The position numbers and the translations under genes are program-made. A stretch of DNA of 64,000 nucleotides from Bacteriovoracia bacterium. GTDB lineage: Bacteria; Bdellovibrionota; UBA1018; CAIPTA01. The stretch lies in contig JBFWVL010000001.1 of NCBI GenBank assembly GCA_050246755.1, positions 256,001 to 320,000 on the forward strand, written 5' to 3'. Numbering within the stretch: the stretch's first letter is position 1; every line of letters starts with the position of its first letter. The notes under the pieces were generated by a model. It was not told where the DNA came from, did no database searches, and saw only the letters and a list, made by a program, of their open reading frames with translations. This document shows positions 50,255 through 58,221 of this stretch, one piece after another.

Positions 50255-50992
50255 ATGCCGCCAATACTCGCCGCCTTAGCCCACTTTCTCGTCGTATTCG
50301 CCGTAGGCCTTTTCCCTCTCACCTGGAAGCTCCAAGGTGATATCTACGACCTCTTCCTCTCGTTCGGTGCCGGCGTGCTTCTCTCGGCCGCTTTCCTGCA
50401 CATGCTTCCCGAAGCCACCCTCGAGATCGGCCCCTCCGTGGGCGTATTCATGCTTGCCGGCTACGTGCTCATGACCGTGCTCGAGCGCTTCACCATGGCC
50501 CACCCCTGCATGGAGGACGACCACTGCCACAATCCCGATCACCGCCTCGGCCTCGTGGCTTTCTTTGGCCTCTCGGTTCACAGCGTGATCTCCGGAATGG
50601 CCCTCGGCGTGGGCTTGATGGGCGCCGCCGATATCTCTGTTTCGATCGCCCTCTTGGCCGCCATCCTCGTGCACAAAGTTCCCGAAACCCTCGCCCTCAT
50701 GGCGCTGCTCGCGGCCTCGGGTTGGAGTCGGAAAAAAATGGCCTTCACCCTCGTCTGCTTTTCCGCGATGGGCCCCTCCGGCATCCTGACCGGCGCCTTC
50801 CTGAATTTTCAGTCGCCTCGTTTCATGGGCGCCGCCCTCGCCATTTCCGCGGGAACCTTTCTTTATATTGCCTCCGGCGATCTCCTCCCCCATTTACACA
50901 CGAAGATGAAGCAAAAGTGGGTGAACTTCGTGGCCTTCCTCGTGGGCCTGCTCGCGCTTTCCTTCGAGGCCTGGCATCACCTGATGGGCTAA
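50255..50992 (+). CDS. ZIP family divalent metal transporter
   Basis: FGAGVLLS.AFLHMLPEA; His-rich loop; HS...G; AILVHKVPE; AGTFLYIA.DLLP. Confidence 0.9.
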   Translation: MPPILAALAHFLVVFAVGLFPLTWKLQGDIYDLFLSFGAGVLLSAAFLHMLPEATLEIGPSVGVFMLAGYVLMTVLERFTMAHPCMEDDHCHNPDHRLGLVAFFGLSVHSVISGMALGVGLMGAADISVSIALLAAILVHKVPETLALMALLAASGWSRKKMAFTLVCFSAMGPSGILTGAFLNFQSPRFMGAALAISAGTFLYIASGDLLPHLHTKMKQKWVNFVAFLVGLLALSFEAWHHLMG

Positions 50993-51598
50993 GGCGAAAG
51001 CCCGGACCCATTTCGCGCCCGCCTTCCTCAATACGTAGCCCGAAAGATCCAGCGTGGTTCCGCTCGTAAGCACGTCGTCCAGCACCAAAATTTTTTTGCC
51101 CCGGATTTTCTCCGGCTTTCCCGCGATCGAAACAAAGCAGTGCGTGTCCACGCGACGGGAAAAATTTCGGCCGTGCTGGGCGCGGCCTTTTTCTTTCGCT
51201 AAGAAACCGGGTAAAAATTCAGCTCCCAGCAACTGCGCAGTTCCTTCACCGACCAATGCCAAACCAGAAGGCCCGTCCTGCGCCCTCTGCGGGGCCGTGA
51301 TTACCATCTCGATGCCCTCCTTTCGCCAGTCCTTCAACTGCGGAGCTCTCTCCAGAAAGCTCAATAAAAACCTACTGGCGTAGTGCGGAGCGGCCTTCCT
51401 CAATCCATGAAAAAGCGGCGGCACGGAGTCACTAAAATTCAGAAGGTACTCCTCTTCTGCCGTTAAAGCCCTCCGCACGCCTTTTCGGCAGGCGAAACAG
51501 AAATTTTGCCCCTCGCGCAATGTCTTACCGCAGCCCAAGCAAAGCGGGGAAAAAAGCAGTTTCTGGACGATAGGAAAGACGTTATAGTTCGTGGACAT
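50894..51598 (-). CDS. comF: ComF-family phosphoribosyltransferase-fold protein (divergent)
   Basis: N-terminal CxxC...CxxC (CLGC, CFAC); ILVLDDVLTSGTTL; L.KAGA..V.AFALA. Confidence 0.72.
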   Translation of the reverse strand: MSTNYNVFPIVQKLLFSPLCLGCGKTLREGQNFCFACRKGVRRALTAEEEYLLNFSDSVPPLFHGLRKAAPHYASRFLLSFLERAPQLKDWRKEGIEMVITAPQRAQDGPSGLALVGEGTAQLLGAEFLPGFLAKEKGRAQHGRNFSRRVDTHCFVSIAGKPEKIRGKKILVLDDVLTSGTTLDLSGYVLRKAGAKWVRAFALAHQVMPGLEGKREQAHEEGHEVHPLLLHLRV

Positions 51599-51869
51599 GC
51601 CGAAGACTTCTTTGCCAAATGAAAGCCAGTTTCCCGTTCTGGAAACCAGCGAAACTCCTCAGGAGACGGTAAGCCAAGTCTCGTTTCTGGCCAGGCTAGC
51701 GCCGAAATTCGTACGCGAAGTGCGGGATGTTTTTAAGCGCGAGGGCATGCGTGGGGCCGTAAAACGCTATGGCTGGAAACTCTTCGCGGCCTTCTTCGTG
51801 TACTATCTCATTCGCGATTCGATCATCTATCTCTTGATCCCCTACTTGATCGCGCAAAGGATGATGTAG
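51591..51869 (+). CDS. Small hypothetical membrane protein
   Basis: KRYGWK followed by hydrophobic FFVYYLIRDSIIYLLIPYL; start uncertain. Confidence 0.55.
   Translation: MDMPKTSLPNESQFPVLETSETPQETVSQVSFLARLAPKFVREVRDVFKREGMRGAVKRYGWKLFAAFFVYYLIRDSIIYLLIPYLIAQRMM
51613..51628 (-). promoter_or_regulatory. sigma54-like -24/-12 promoter (TGGCTTT-CATT-TGGCA) for comF
   Basis: GG-N10-GC 15 nt before ATG 51598; two degenerate GTCTC-N5-GAGAC-like sites at 51653-51667 and 51678-51692. Confidence 0.4.
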
Positions 51870-51915
51870 GGAAATCGGTTGGCGGTGGGCCGTTTGCGGT
51901 TGGCTGTTAGGGTGC

Positions 51916-52758
51916 ATGAAAGAATACGTTCTCATTACCGGGGCCTCCTCCGGCATCGGCAAAGATGCTACCGAGTTTCTTTTGTCTCAGGGATTTTCCG
52001 TCGCCCCCTGCGTACGCAAAGAATCCGATCTAGCGAAATGGAAAGCCACTAAGGCGCAGCCTATTTTCCTCGATGTAACCGACCCCGAGTCGATTCAGCG
52101 CGGGGTGAAAGAATTTTCCCGCATCGCCGCCGGCGCCGATAAAGTTCACCTGATCAATAACGCCGGCATCGCCGTGGGCGGCCCGGTGGAAGCGATCCCC
52201 GCCGAGAAATGGCGCGCGCAGTTCGACGTGAATGTTTTCGGGCTGATCTCCGTCACCCAGGCGCTTCTACCCTTGGTGCGTGCGACCCAAGGCAGGATTA
52301 TTAATATCTCCAGCATCAGTGGTTTATTCGCGAGCCCCTACATGGGCGCCTATGCTTCTTCGAAATTTGCGGTGGAGGCGATCTCGGATGCTTTGCGGAG
52401 AGAGCTTCTCCGTTCGGGCGTGGAAGTGATTTTGATCGAGCCCGGGCCGATTGCCACGCCGATCTGGGAAAAAAGCCTGGGCCGCCGCAAAGACGAATAC
52501 GCGCAGTACTCGGGCGCAATGCGCACTTTGTACGGCGAAGACCTCGAGCGCTTTGCCGGAATGGTAGAGCTCACGGCGAAGGACGCGCTGCCGGTGGCGT
52601 TCGTTTCGCGGACGATTTTGCGGGCGCTGCGTTCAGCAAAGCCTAAAGCACGATATTTGGTAGTGAAAAAATCCGTGCCCTGGCAATTGCGCTTGATGAA
52701 GCTACTGCCGAGCCGGATGGCCGATCGCATGATCATGAAGGGTTTTGGGCGGAAGTAG
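51916..52758 (+). CDS. Classical SDR oxidoreductase
   Basis: ITGASSGIG; LINNAG; NISS; YASSK; IEPGPIAT. Confidence 0.9.
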   Translation: MKEYVLITGASSGIGKDATEFLLSQGFSVAPCVRKESDLAKWKATKAQPIFLDVTDPESIQRGVKEFSRIAAGADKVHLINNAGIAVGGPVEAIPAEKWRAQFDVNVFGLISVTQALLPLVRATQGRIINISSISGLFASPYMGAYASSKFAVEAISDALRRELLRSGVEVILIEPGPIATPIWEKSLGRRKDEYAQYSGAMRTLYGEDLERFAGMVELTAKDALPVAFVSRTILRALRSAKPKARYLVVKKSVPWQLRLMKLLPSRMADRMIMKGFGRK

Positions 52759-52802
52759 ATCCGGCCGCCGGCTAATTGGTAAGCGCGCAGAACTCACAAG
52801 CA

Positions 52803-53798
52803 CTAGGTAGCCAGAACCTTCGCCATCTCGATCAAATCTTTCCGCAATTTCGCGGAGCGCTTCACGGTTTGCGCGAACGGCACGAGCACTTCGCTGTCGC
52901 CCTCTACGCCTACCATCACGTCGGTATACCCGGCGAGCAAGGCCTCCACCGCGCGAAAACCCATGATGCTGCCGAGACGGCGGTCCCGGCCCGTGGGCGA
53001 GCCGCCGCGCTGGATATGGCCGAGGATGCAAACTTTGGACTCGATGCCATATTTTTTCTCAAGCTCTTCCGCTAAGCGCATCGAAGCGCCGCTTTTTTGC
53101 CCTTCGGCCATCACCACGATCGAGCTCATCTTCCCGCGCTCGAGGCCCTGCTGGATCCGGCGCGCCACTTCCTTGGTGGTAGTTTTTTCTTCGGGCAAGA
53201 GAATCGCTTCGGCCCCGGCGCCGATGCCCACGTCGAGGGCGATATAGCCGGAGTTACGGCCCATTACTTCCACGAGAAAGGTACGCTCATGGGCGGAGGC
53301 GGTATCGCGGATCTTATCGATCGCCTCGAGGGCGTTGTTCACGGCGGTATCGAAGCCGAGGGTGGCCTCGGTGCCGGCGATATCGTTGTCGATGGTGCCG
53401 GGAATTCCCACCACGGGAAATTGGTCTTCGGCCCAGAGGGCGTGGGCGCCGCGGAAAGATCCGTCGCCACCGATCACCACGAGGCCTTCGATGCCATGGG
53501 CCCGCATCATTTCCACGCACTTTTTGCGCACGGGGCGTTTGTGAAATTCAGGGCAGCGATCGGTCTTGAGCGCGGTGCCGCCGCGGAGAATGATATTCGC
53601 CACGCTCTTTTTATCCATGGTTTCCCAGTTGCCGGCGATGAGGCCCGCGTAGCCTTTCATCACCCCGTAAACGGTGATGCCGGAAGCGATTCCGGTCCTC
53701 ACCACCGCGCGAAGGGCGGCATTCATTCCGGGAGCGTCGCCACCGCTGCAGAGAACGGCGATGGCGCGGATATCTTTTTTATGGCGTGGCAGCTTCAT
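52803..53798 (-). CDS. pfkA: ATP-dependent 6-phosphofructokinase
   Basis: SGGDAPGMNAA; IGGDGS; PGTIDND; EVMGR; LGHIQRGG. Confidence 0.96.
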   Translation of the reverse strand: MKLPRHKKDIRAIAVLCSGGDAPGMNAALRAVVRTGIASGITVYGVMKGYAGLIAGNWETMDKKSVANIILRGGTALKTDRCPEFHKRPVRKKCVEMMRAHGIEGLVVIGGDGSFRGAHALWAEDQFPVVGIPGTIDNDIAGTEATLGFDTAVNNALEAIDKIRDTASAHERTFLVEVMGRNSGYIALDVGIGAGAEAILLPEEKTTTKEVARRIQQGLERGKMSSIVVMAEGQKSGASMRLAEELEKKYGIESKVCILGHIQRGGSPTGRDRRLGSIMGFRAVEALLAGYTDVMVGVEGDSEVLVPFAQTVKRSAKLRKDLIEMAKVLAT

Positions 53799-54265
53799 TA
53801 CTCATGATGATACTTCCCCCCGGCCAGGATGTGAAGGGTGCGGTAGATCTGTTCGGCAAGGATGAGCCGCACCAGATCGTGGGGAAAGGTCATTTGGGAG
53901 AGGGAAAACTGGGGAAAGCGCCCGCGAAAGGCATCGGTGAAGCCATAGGCGCCGCCGATGAGCAGCACGAATTGCTGCACCCCTTGATCGCGCAGGGCCC
54001 CAAATTGCTCAGCCCAGGCGCGGGAACTGAACTGTTTGCCGCGCTCATCGAGCAGGAAGATCCGTGCCTTGCCTTCTTCGAGCAGCTTGCGTTTTTTTAA
54101 GGCCGCCAGAAAAAGTTCGGCTTCTTTGTCTTTATCACTCGCGGCATCTTTGAGCTCCACGAGCTCGATCTCTGCCATATGACCAATATTTTTGAAGTAG
54201 TGCACGAGCCCCTGCTCCACGAAGGGAAACTTCGCTTTGCCCACGGCAAAGATCACGAATTTCAT
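53798..54265 (-). CDS. rlmH: 23S rRNA pseudouridine-1915 N3-methyltransferase
   Basis: AVGK; LDERGK; IGGAYG; SLS.MTFPH.LVRLILAEQIYR; YHHE. Confidence 0.93.
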   Translation of the reverse strand: MKFVIFAVGKAKFPFVEQGLVHYFKNIGHMAEIELVELKDAASDKDKEAELFLAALKKRKLLEEGKARIFLLDERGKQFSSRAWAEQFGALRDQGVQQFVLLIGGAYGFTDAFRGRFPQFSLSQMTFPHDLVRLILAEQIYRTLHILAGGKYHHE

Positions 54266-55357
54266 TTACTGGCCCAAGAGGACTTCGGCCAAGGCCGGCA
54301 GGGTAGCACCGGCGGGCATGGCCCAGTCGGAGCCGAGGCGGAGATTGGCAAGCGGAGGATTCCACTCGCCTTTCTTGCGGCCGAGTGGCGCCACGGTAGA
54401 GTCGAGCACGAGCACGCGCTCGAACTGGATCGTCTGCTCGAAATTCGGGAAGGCCTTATCGATGAGGCGGCGGCCGGCGCGGATTTTTTTCATGGTCTCG
54501 TGGTTATCCCCCCACTCTTCTTCGCTAAGCGGAAGGATCCAGGAAGAAAGCGAAGCGCCGGCAGGCGCAAGGCTTGGATCACGGTTCGAGACGATGGCAC
54601 CCACGATGAAGCGGCGGTCGTCTTTTTTCTCAGCGGTAAACGGCACGAGCAAGGTTTCAGTAAAATCTCCAAGCTTGCCCTTGTGGGCGAACTCGAGCAC
54701 CACGCCCGGCTGGGGGTGGGTCTTCACGAACTTCTTCATCCAGGAAACGCGTTCGGGGCCGGGAGGCGGAGCGGAGCCAGTGAGGGAATCAAGGAGGCTC
54801 TTATAGTCGCCACACCAGAAAATTTCTTTGGGCTGGAGCTCTAGGCCATTGCCGAGAGTAACACTGGCCACCAAGGCGCCTTCTACCCGAAGGGCGGTAA
54901 CGGGAGCTTCGGGGGAAAAGCTGAAATTCGGGAAACCCGCGCAAAAATTCATCAAGGTTTCGGTGATGCCGTAGAGGCCACGGTCGGGGAATTCCGTATT
55001 GGGCTCACTGAGGTGAGCTTCCCAGCTCGGCAGGTCTTCGGCCTTAGACCAGCCCTTAGGACCGTGCACGAGAGCGCCTGCTTCAGCGATCGGCAAGGTG
55101 GTGGCTGGAAGCCCCAGGCGGTCGGCAGTAGCGCGCCACCAGGCGGAATCGCCGAAGGCGAAGCCTGATCCCAATAGGTAGCCATCGCGAAGCTCGGGGG
55201 AAAAGCGGCCGCCTGCGTGGGGGGCCCTTTCGGTAAGGTGAACGGATTTTCCGGCCTTGAGTTCGAGGGCCGCGGCGAGCAAGCCGGCCACGCCGGCACC
55301 CACCACAAGAACGTCAACGGAACCTGTGGGAGCCTTAGAGATCTTAGGAGCGGTCAT
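54266..55357 (-). CDS. FAD/NAD(P)-binding oxidoreductase-like protein
   Basis: DVLVVGAGVAGL.AA; E....GGR; C-terminal NL.LGSDW. Confidence 0.65.
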   Translation of the reverse strand: MTAPKISKAPTGSVDVLVVGAGVAGLLAAALELKAGKSVHLTERAPHAGGRFSPELRDGYLLGSGFAFGDSAWWRATADRLGLPATTLPIAEAGALVHGPKGWSKAEDLPSWEAHLSEPNTEFPDRGLYGITETLMNFCAGFPNFSFSPEAPVTALRVEGALVASVTLGNGLELQPKEIFWCGDYKSLLDSLTGSAPPPGPERVSWMKKFVKTHPQPGVVLEFAHKGKLGDFTETLLVPFTAEKKDDRRFIVGAIVSNRDPSLAPAGASLSSWILPLSEEEWGDNHETMKKIRAGRRLIDKAFPNFEQTIQFERVLVLDSTVAPLGRKKGEWNPPLANLRLGSDWAMPAGATLPALAEVLLGQ

Positions 55358-56777
55358 TCCTAACGTATAACTTAATCCGGCTGCCGGGACGTAGGTTTTT
55401 TGAACGACGCAGGGAGTTCCAGCGACGAATTTCGTCTATGCGCACGGCATAACGACGGGAGATTCCGTAGAGGGTATCCCCTCGCACTACCACGTGGGTT
55501 ACGGAGGAAGAATTCTTCGGCTCGGCCACCGATGGCCTTACTCGCTCGCCGCTCGTAGCGCTAGCTAATCCGCGGCCGCCGCGAGACACGCGGGGCCGGC
55601 TGGAAGCTACGGCACGGCCGCGATCCGGAATCACAAGCTCGGTGCCTGGCTTGAGTGCGCGCACACTGCGGATATCGTTCATCGAAAGAATGGCTTCCGT
55701 GGGAACTCCGGTTTTGGAGGCGATGCGAGAAAGCGTATCGCCGCGGCGAACTACGTGGCGCTGAAAATTCGCGAAGCGCCCGATCTCTCCGCTCTCCACG
55801 GCCGCAGCTACAAGCTGGGCACCTGGCCCCTTAGGAACACGCACGGTATAGGAACCGCGCTGGGGCGGAGTGCAGCAACGGCTGAGCTCGGGATTTAACG
55901 CAGCGATCTCTTCGCGGTCCACTCCGGCCACTTTGGCAATCGTGCGTAAGTTCTCGGCGCGCGGGATGCGAACCTCTTCGAATTGCATGAGCACGTCGTC
56001 GGCCGGGTACGTTTTGAAGCCGAACTGCTCGGCGTTTTTGCCGATGATTGCGGCGGCCATCATTTTCGGCACGTAATCCTTAGTTTCCCGGCGAAGGGCG
56101 CGGCGGTTGCGGGCGATGGTCCAGAAATCACGAGTGCCGAGGCGAGAAATTCCATTACGGATTTTTTGCTCGCCCGAATTGTAGGCAGCACAGGCCAAGG
56201 CCCAGTCGCCGAACTCGGCATGGAGGCGGCTAAGGTAGGCCACGGCGGCGTCGGTGCTCTTGAGCGGATCACGGCGTTCGTCCATCCACCAATCCTGTTT
56301 CAGACCGAAAATTCGGCCAGTGGAACGAATAAATTGCCAAGGGCCAACGGCACCGGCATGCGAGGCAGCCTGCGTGGAAAATCCGCTTTCGATCATGGCG
56401 AGGTAAATCAAATCCTGGGGAAGACCAGCCGCCTTGAGCTTGGGCAAGATCACGGGCTCCATGCGAGCCTTGCGTTCCATATAAACCGCGAAGTGCTTAC
56501 GGCCGGGGCCGGTAAAGTAGCCTACCCAGTTCTTTACTTCTTCGTTGTAGACCACGGGCAGATCAAAATTGGTATTTTTGAGCTGGATACCCTCTAGATT
56601 GGGAACCAAAACCCCGTCCGTAAGGGGGGGTTCATTCGACGGAGTGCGGCCCGATGCGTTTAACAGGCCTCCTTCACTCCTGGCGTCGAGTAGGCCTTTG
56701 GAGCCTAGGCGAAAGTGTCCACAAGAAGTGAGAAGCAGGGCGCAAAACACCAGGCCGACGCGGCGATCCAATTTCAT
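55344..56777 (-). CDS. mltD: Membrane-bound lytic murein transglycosylase D-like lipoprotein (SLT + LysM domains)
   Basis: Lipobox LTS-C; LAMIESGF; AVGPWQFI; DERRDP..ST.AA; AAYNSGE; ETKDYVPK; LysM repeats HVVRRGDTL and HVVVRGDTL. Confidence 0.88.
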   Translation of the reverse strand: MKLDRRVGLVFCALLLTSCGHFRLGSKGLLDARSEGGLLNASGRTPSNEPPLTDGVLVPNLEGIQLKNTNFDLPVVYNEEVKNWVGYFTGPGRKHFAVYMERKARMEPVILPKLKAAGLPQDLIYLAMIESGFSTQAASHAGAVGPWQFIRSTGRIFGLKQDWWMDERRDPLKSTDAAVAYLSRLHAEFGDWALACAAYNSGEQKIRNGISRLGTRDFWTIARNRRALRRETKDYVPKMMAAAIIGKNAEQFGFKTYPADDVLMQFEEVRIPRAENLRTIAKVAGVDREEIAALNPELSRCCTPPQRGSYTVRVPKGPGAQLVAAAVESGEIGRFANFQRHVVRRGDTLSRIASKTGVPTEAILSMNDIRSVRALKPGTELVIPDRGRAVASSRPRVSRGGRGLASATSGERVRPSVAEPKNSSSVTHVVVRGDTLYGISRRYAVRIDEIRRWNSLRRSKNLRPGSRIKLYVRNDRS

Positions 56778-56832
56778 GAGGTCCCTTTCCAAATAGCGGT
56801 TCTGTAATCTTATCGGTCGCTTTGGAAAGGAG

Positions 56833-58011
56833 TCAAGGCTGGGATTTGGAGTGAGCGTCGTCCACGATCGGATTAATCTGGAAGCCAAACGTATTCTGAA
56901 GAATCGTAGTAGTTTCCTGTAGTTGCTGGATGAGCGCCTCCGTGTAGCGCACTTGCCGCACAGTTCCAGCTTCATCCACCACAAATTGTTCACCCATGAG
57001 GTCCCCACTCGTACCCTCTAGCGTGAGATGGAAGGTTTTACGGTCGGCACCCAGGTCTACGGGATGCACGCGAATATTCTTAACGGCCCGCATGCGGTCG
57101 GAAAAATGAAAGTCCGATACGGCATCGAGGTCTTCCCAGCGCCGGGCGAACTCCCCCTTCTCACGGCGGTGAACTAGCTGCGCGAAACGGCCGGCCTCCA
57201 GCCATTCCTTCACCTCCTGAACCCCGAGATTTTCCTTATATGGGCTATTGGGCAGCAGGCCCTCATTACGTGCCAGAGACGCCAAGCCGCGATCGGTGGC
57301 CTGGGTCATACGCTGTTTCACTTGCTCGCTAACGGCGGCAAAGATCGAATTGGATTCGCCGGCCGCCTGCCATTCCCGCCTTTCCCCCAAGATCGGCGAT
57401 TTTATGCCCACAGCGGTGAAGAGCCCGGGGCGATCGTCTCCCGCTTTCGCAATTTGCCAGTAGCGGGAATATAAGCCGATTTCCGGCTCGAGCCCCTGCG
57501 CGCGCAAACGCAAAATGCGATCTGCTTCTTCCAATAAGTAAACGCGAGTGGGAGGGGGAAGAACGAAATTGGCGCTTAGGCGATAGCTCTCGTCGATGGT
57601 GAGGCGATCCGAGTTGTCGATTCCCGTTGCAAGAATCAGAAAACGATTGGGATAGGATTCGAGCACCGAAATCTCGTAGCTCTGCTGGATCTCTTCCCGG
57701 GTGCCGGAGACGTAGCGGGCCGGGAGGAGGAGCCGCGAAAGATCGCGGGTGAAACGCCCGTGGGTATCGCCGTAATATTTTTGGTAGCGCACGGTTTTAT
57801 CGAGGACTTCCACGAGCAGCTGGCGGCGCATCTCGCGCTGCTTTAAATCTTCGGAAACCTGGAGGAGAGATTTTTCGGCGAAGCGCGGGAGGGTCCAGAG
57901 CAGGGAAAGCACGAGCGCCGCTACCGAAAGCAGATGAAAAATTCCCGATAGGGACTTCCATCGCCGGATCTTATCGCGCGCGGAAAAAAGCGTTGGTTCC
58001 TCGTTACCCAT
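56833..58011 (-). CDS. Membrane-anchored protein with two type IV pilin-like globular repeats
   Basis: One TM; repeat 1 YQKYYGDTHGRFTRDLSRL...FLILATG...DRLTIDE; repeat 2 AQLVHRREKGEFARRWEDL...FHLTLEG...EQFVVDEAG; no G/FxxxE prepilin site. Confidence 0.5.
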   Translation of the reverse strand: MGNEEPTLFSARDKIRRWKSLSGIFHLLSVAALVLSLLWTLPRFAEKSLLQVSEDLKQREMRRQLLVEVLDKTVRYQKYYGDTHGRFTRDLSRLLLPARYVSGTREEIQQSYEISVLESYPNRFLILATGIDNSDRLTIDESYRLSANFVLPPPTRVYLLEEADRILRLRAQGLEPEIGLYSRYWQIAKAGDDRPGLFTAVGIKSPILGERREWQAAGESNSIFAAVSEQVKQRMTQATDRGLASLARNEGLLPNSPYKENLGVQEVKEWLEAGRFAQLVHRREKGEFARRWEDLDAVSDFHFSDRMRAVKNIRVHPVDLGADRKTFHLTLEGTSGDLMGEQFVVDEAGTVRQVRYTEALIQQLQETTTILQNTFGFQINPIVDDAHSKSQP

Positions 58012-58028
58012 AGTAGTAACTAAACCAA

Positions 58029-58044
58029 TGCAAACGCTGTACCG
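58029..58044 (-). promoter_or_regulatory. sigma54-type -24/-12 promoter (CGGTACA-GCGT-TTGCA)
   Basis: GG-N10-GC with TTGCA, 18 nt before ATG 58011; long A/T-rich region upstream (~58060-58120). Confidence 0.55.
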
Positions 58045-58221
58045 TGTATCTACTTACTGTGAGGATTTTTTAGCTTTTATATCTATTTGATTTTATTTAC
58101 AAAAATTAATTAAAAACATCGACTCTTAAGAGAAACTACGATTTTGGCACGAAAAAATCTGACGATTTTTTAGTCGCTGCCCAAATCTTAAGCACAGAAA
58201 ATCGATCATTTCGCCGGCGAA

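Noticed and set aside
56807-56836. sigma28 promoter for mltD (CCGATAA)
   Set aside because: The -10-like heptamer is present but there is no convincing -35 at the right spacing. A sigma70 reading (TTGACT-18-TAAGAT) fits as well, so it was left unassigned.
58012-58221. A/T-rich island as a possible origin, mobile-element end or ncRNA
   Set aside because: No DnaA-box cluster, terminal repeats or stable structure is evident; it is better explained as the upstream region of a sigma54-type promoter.
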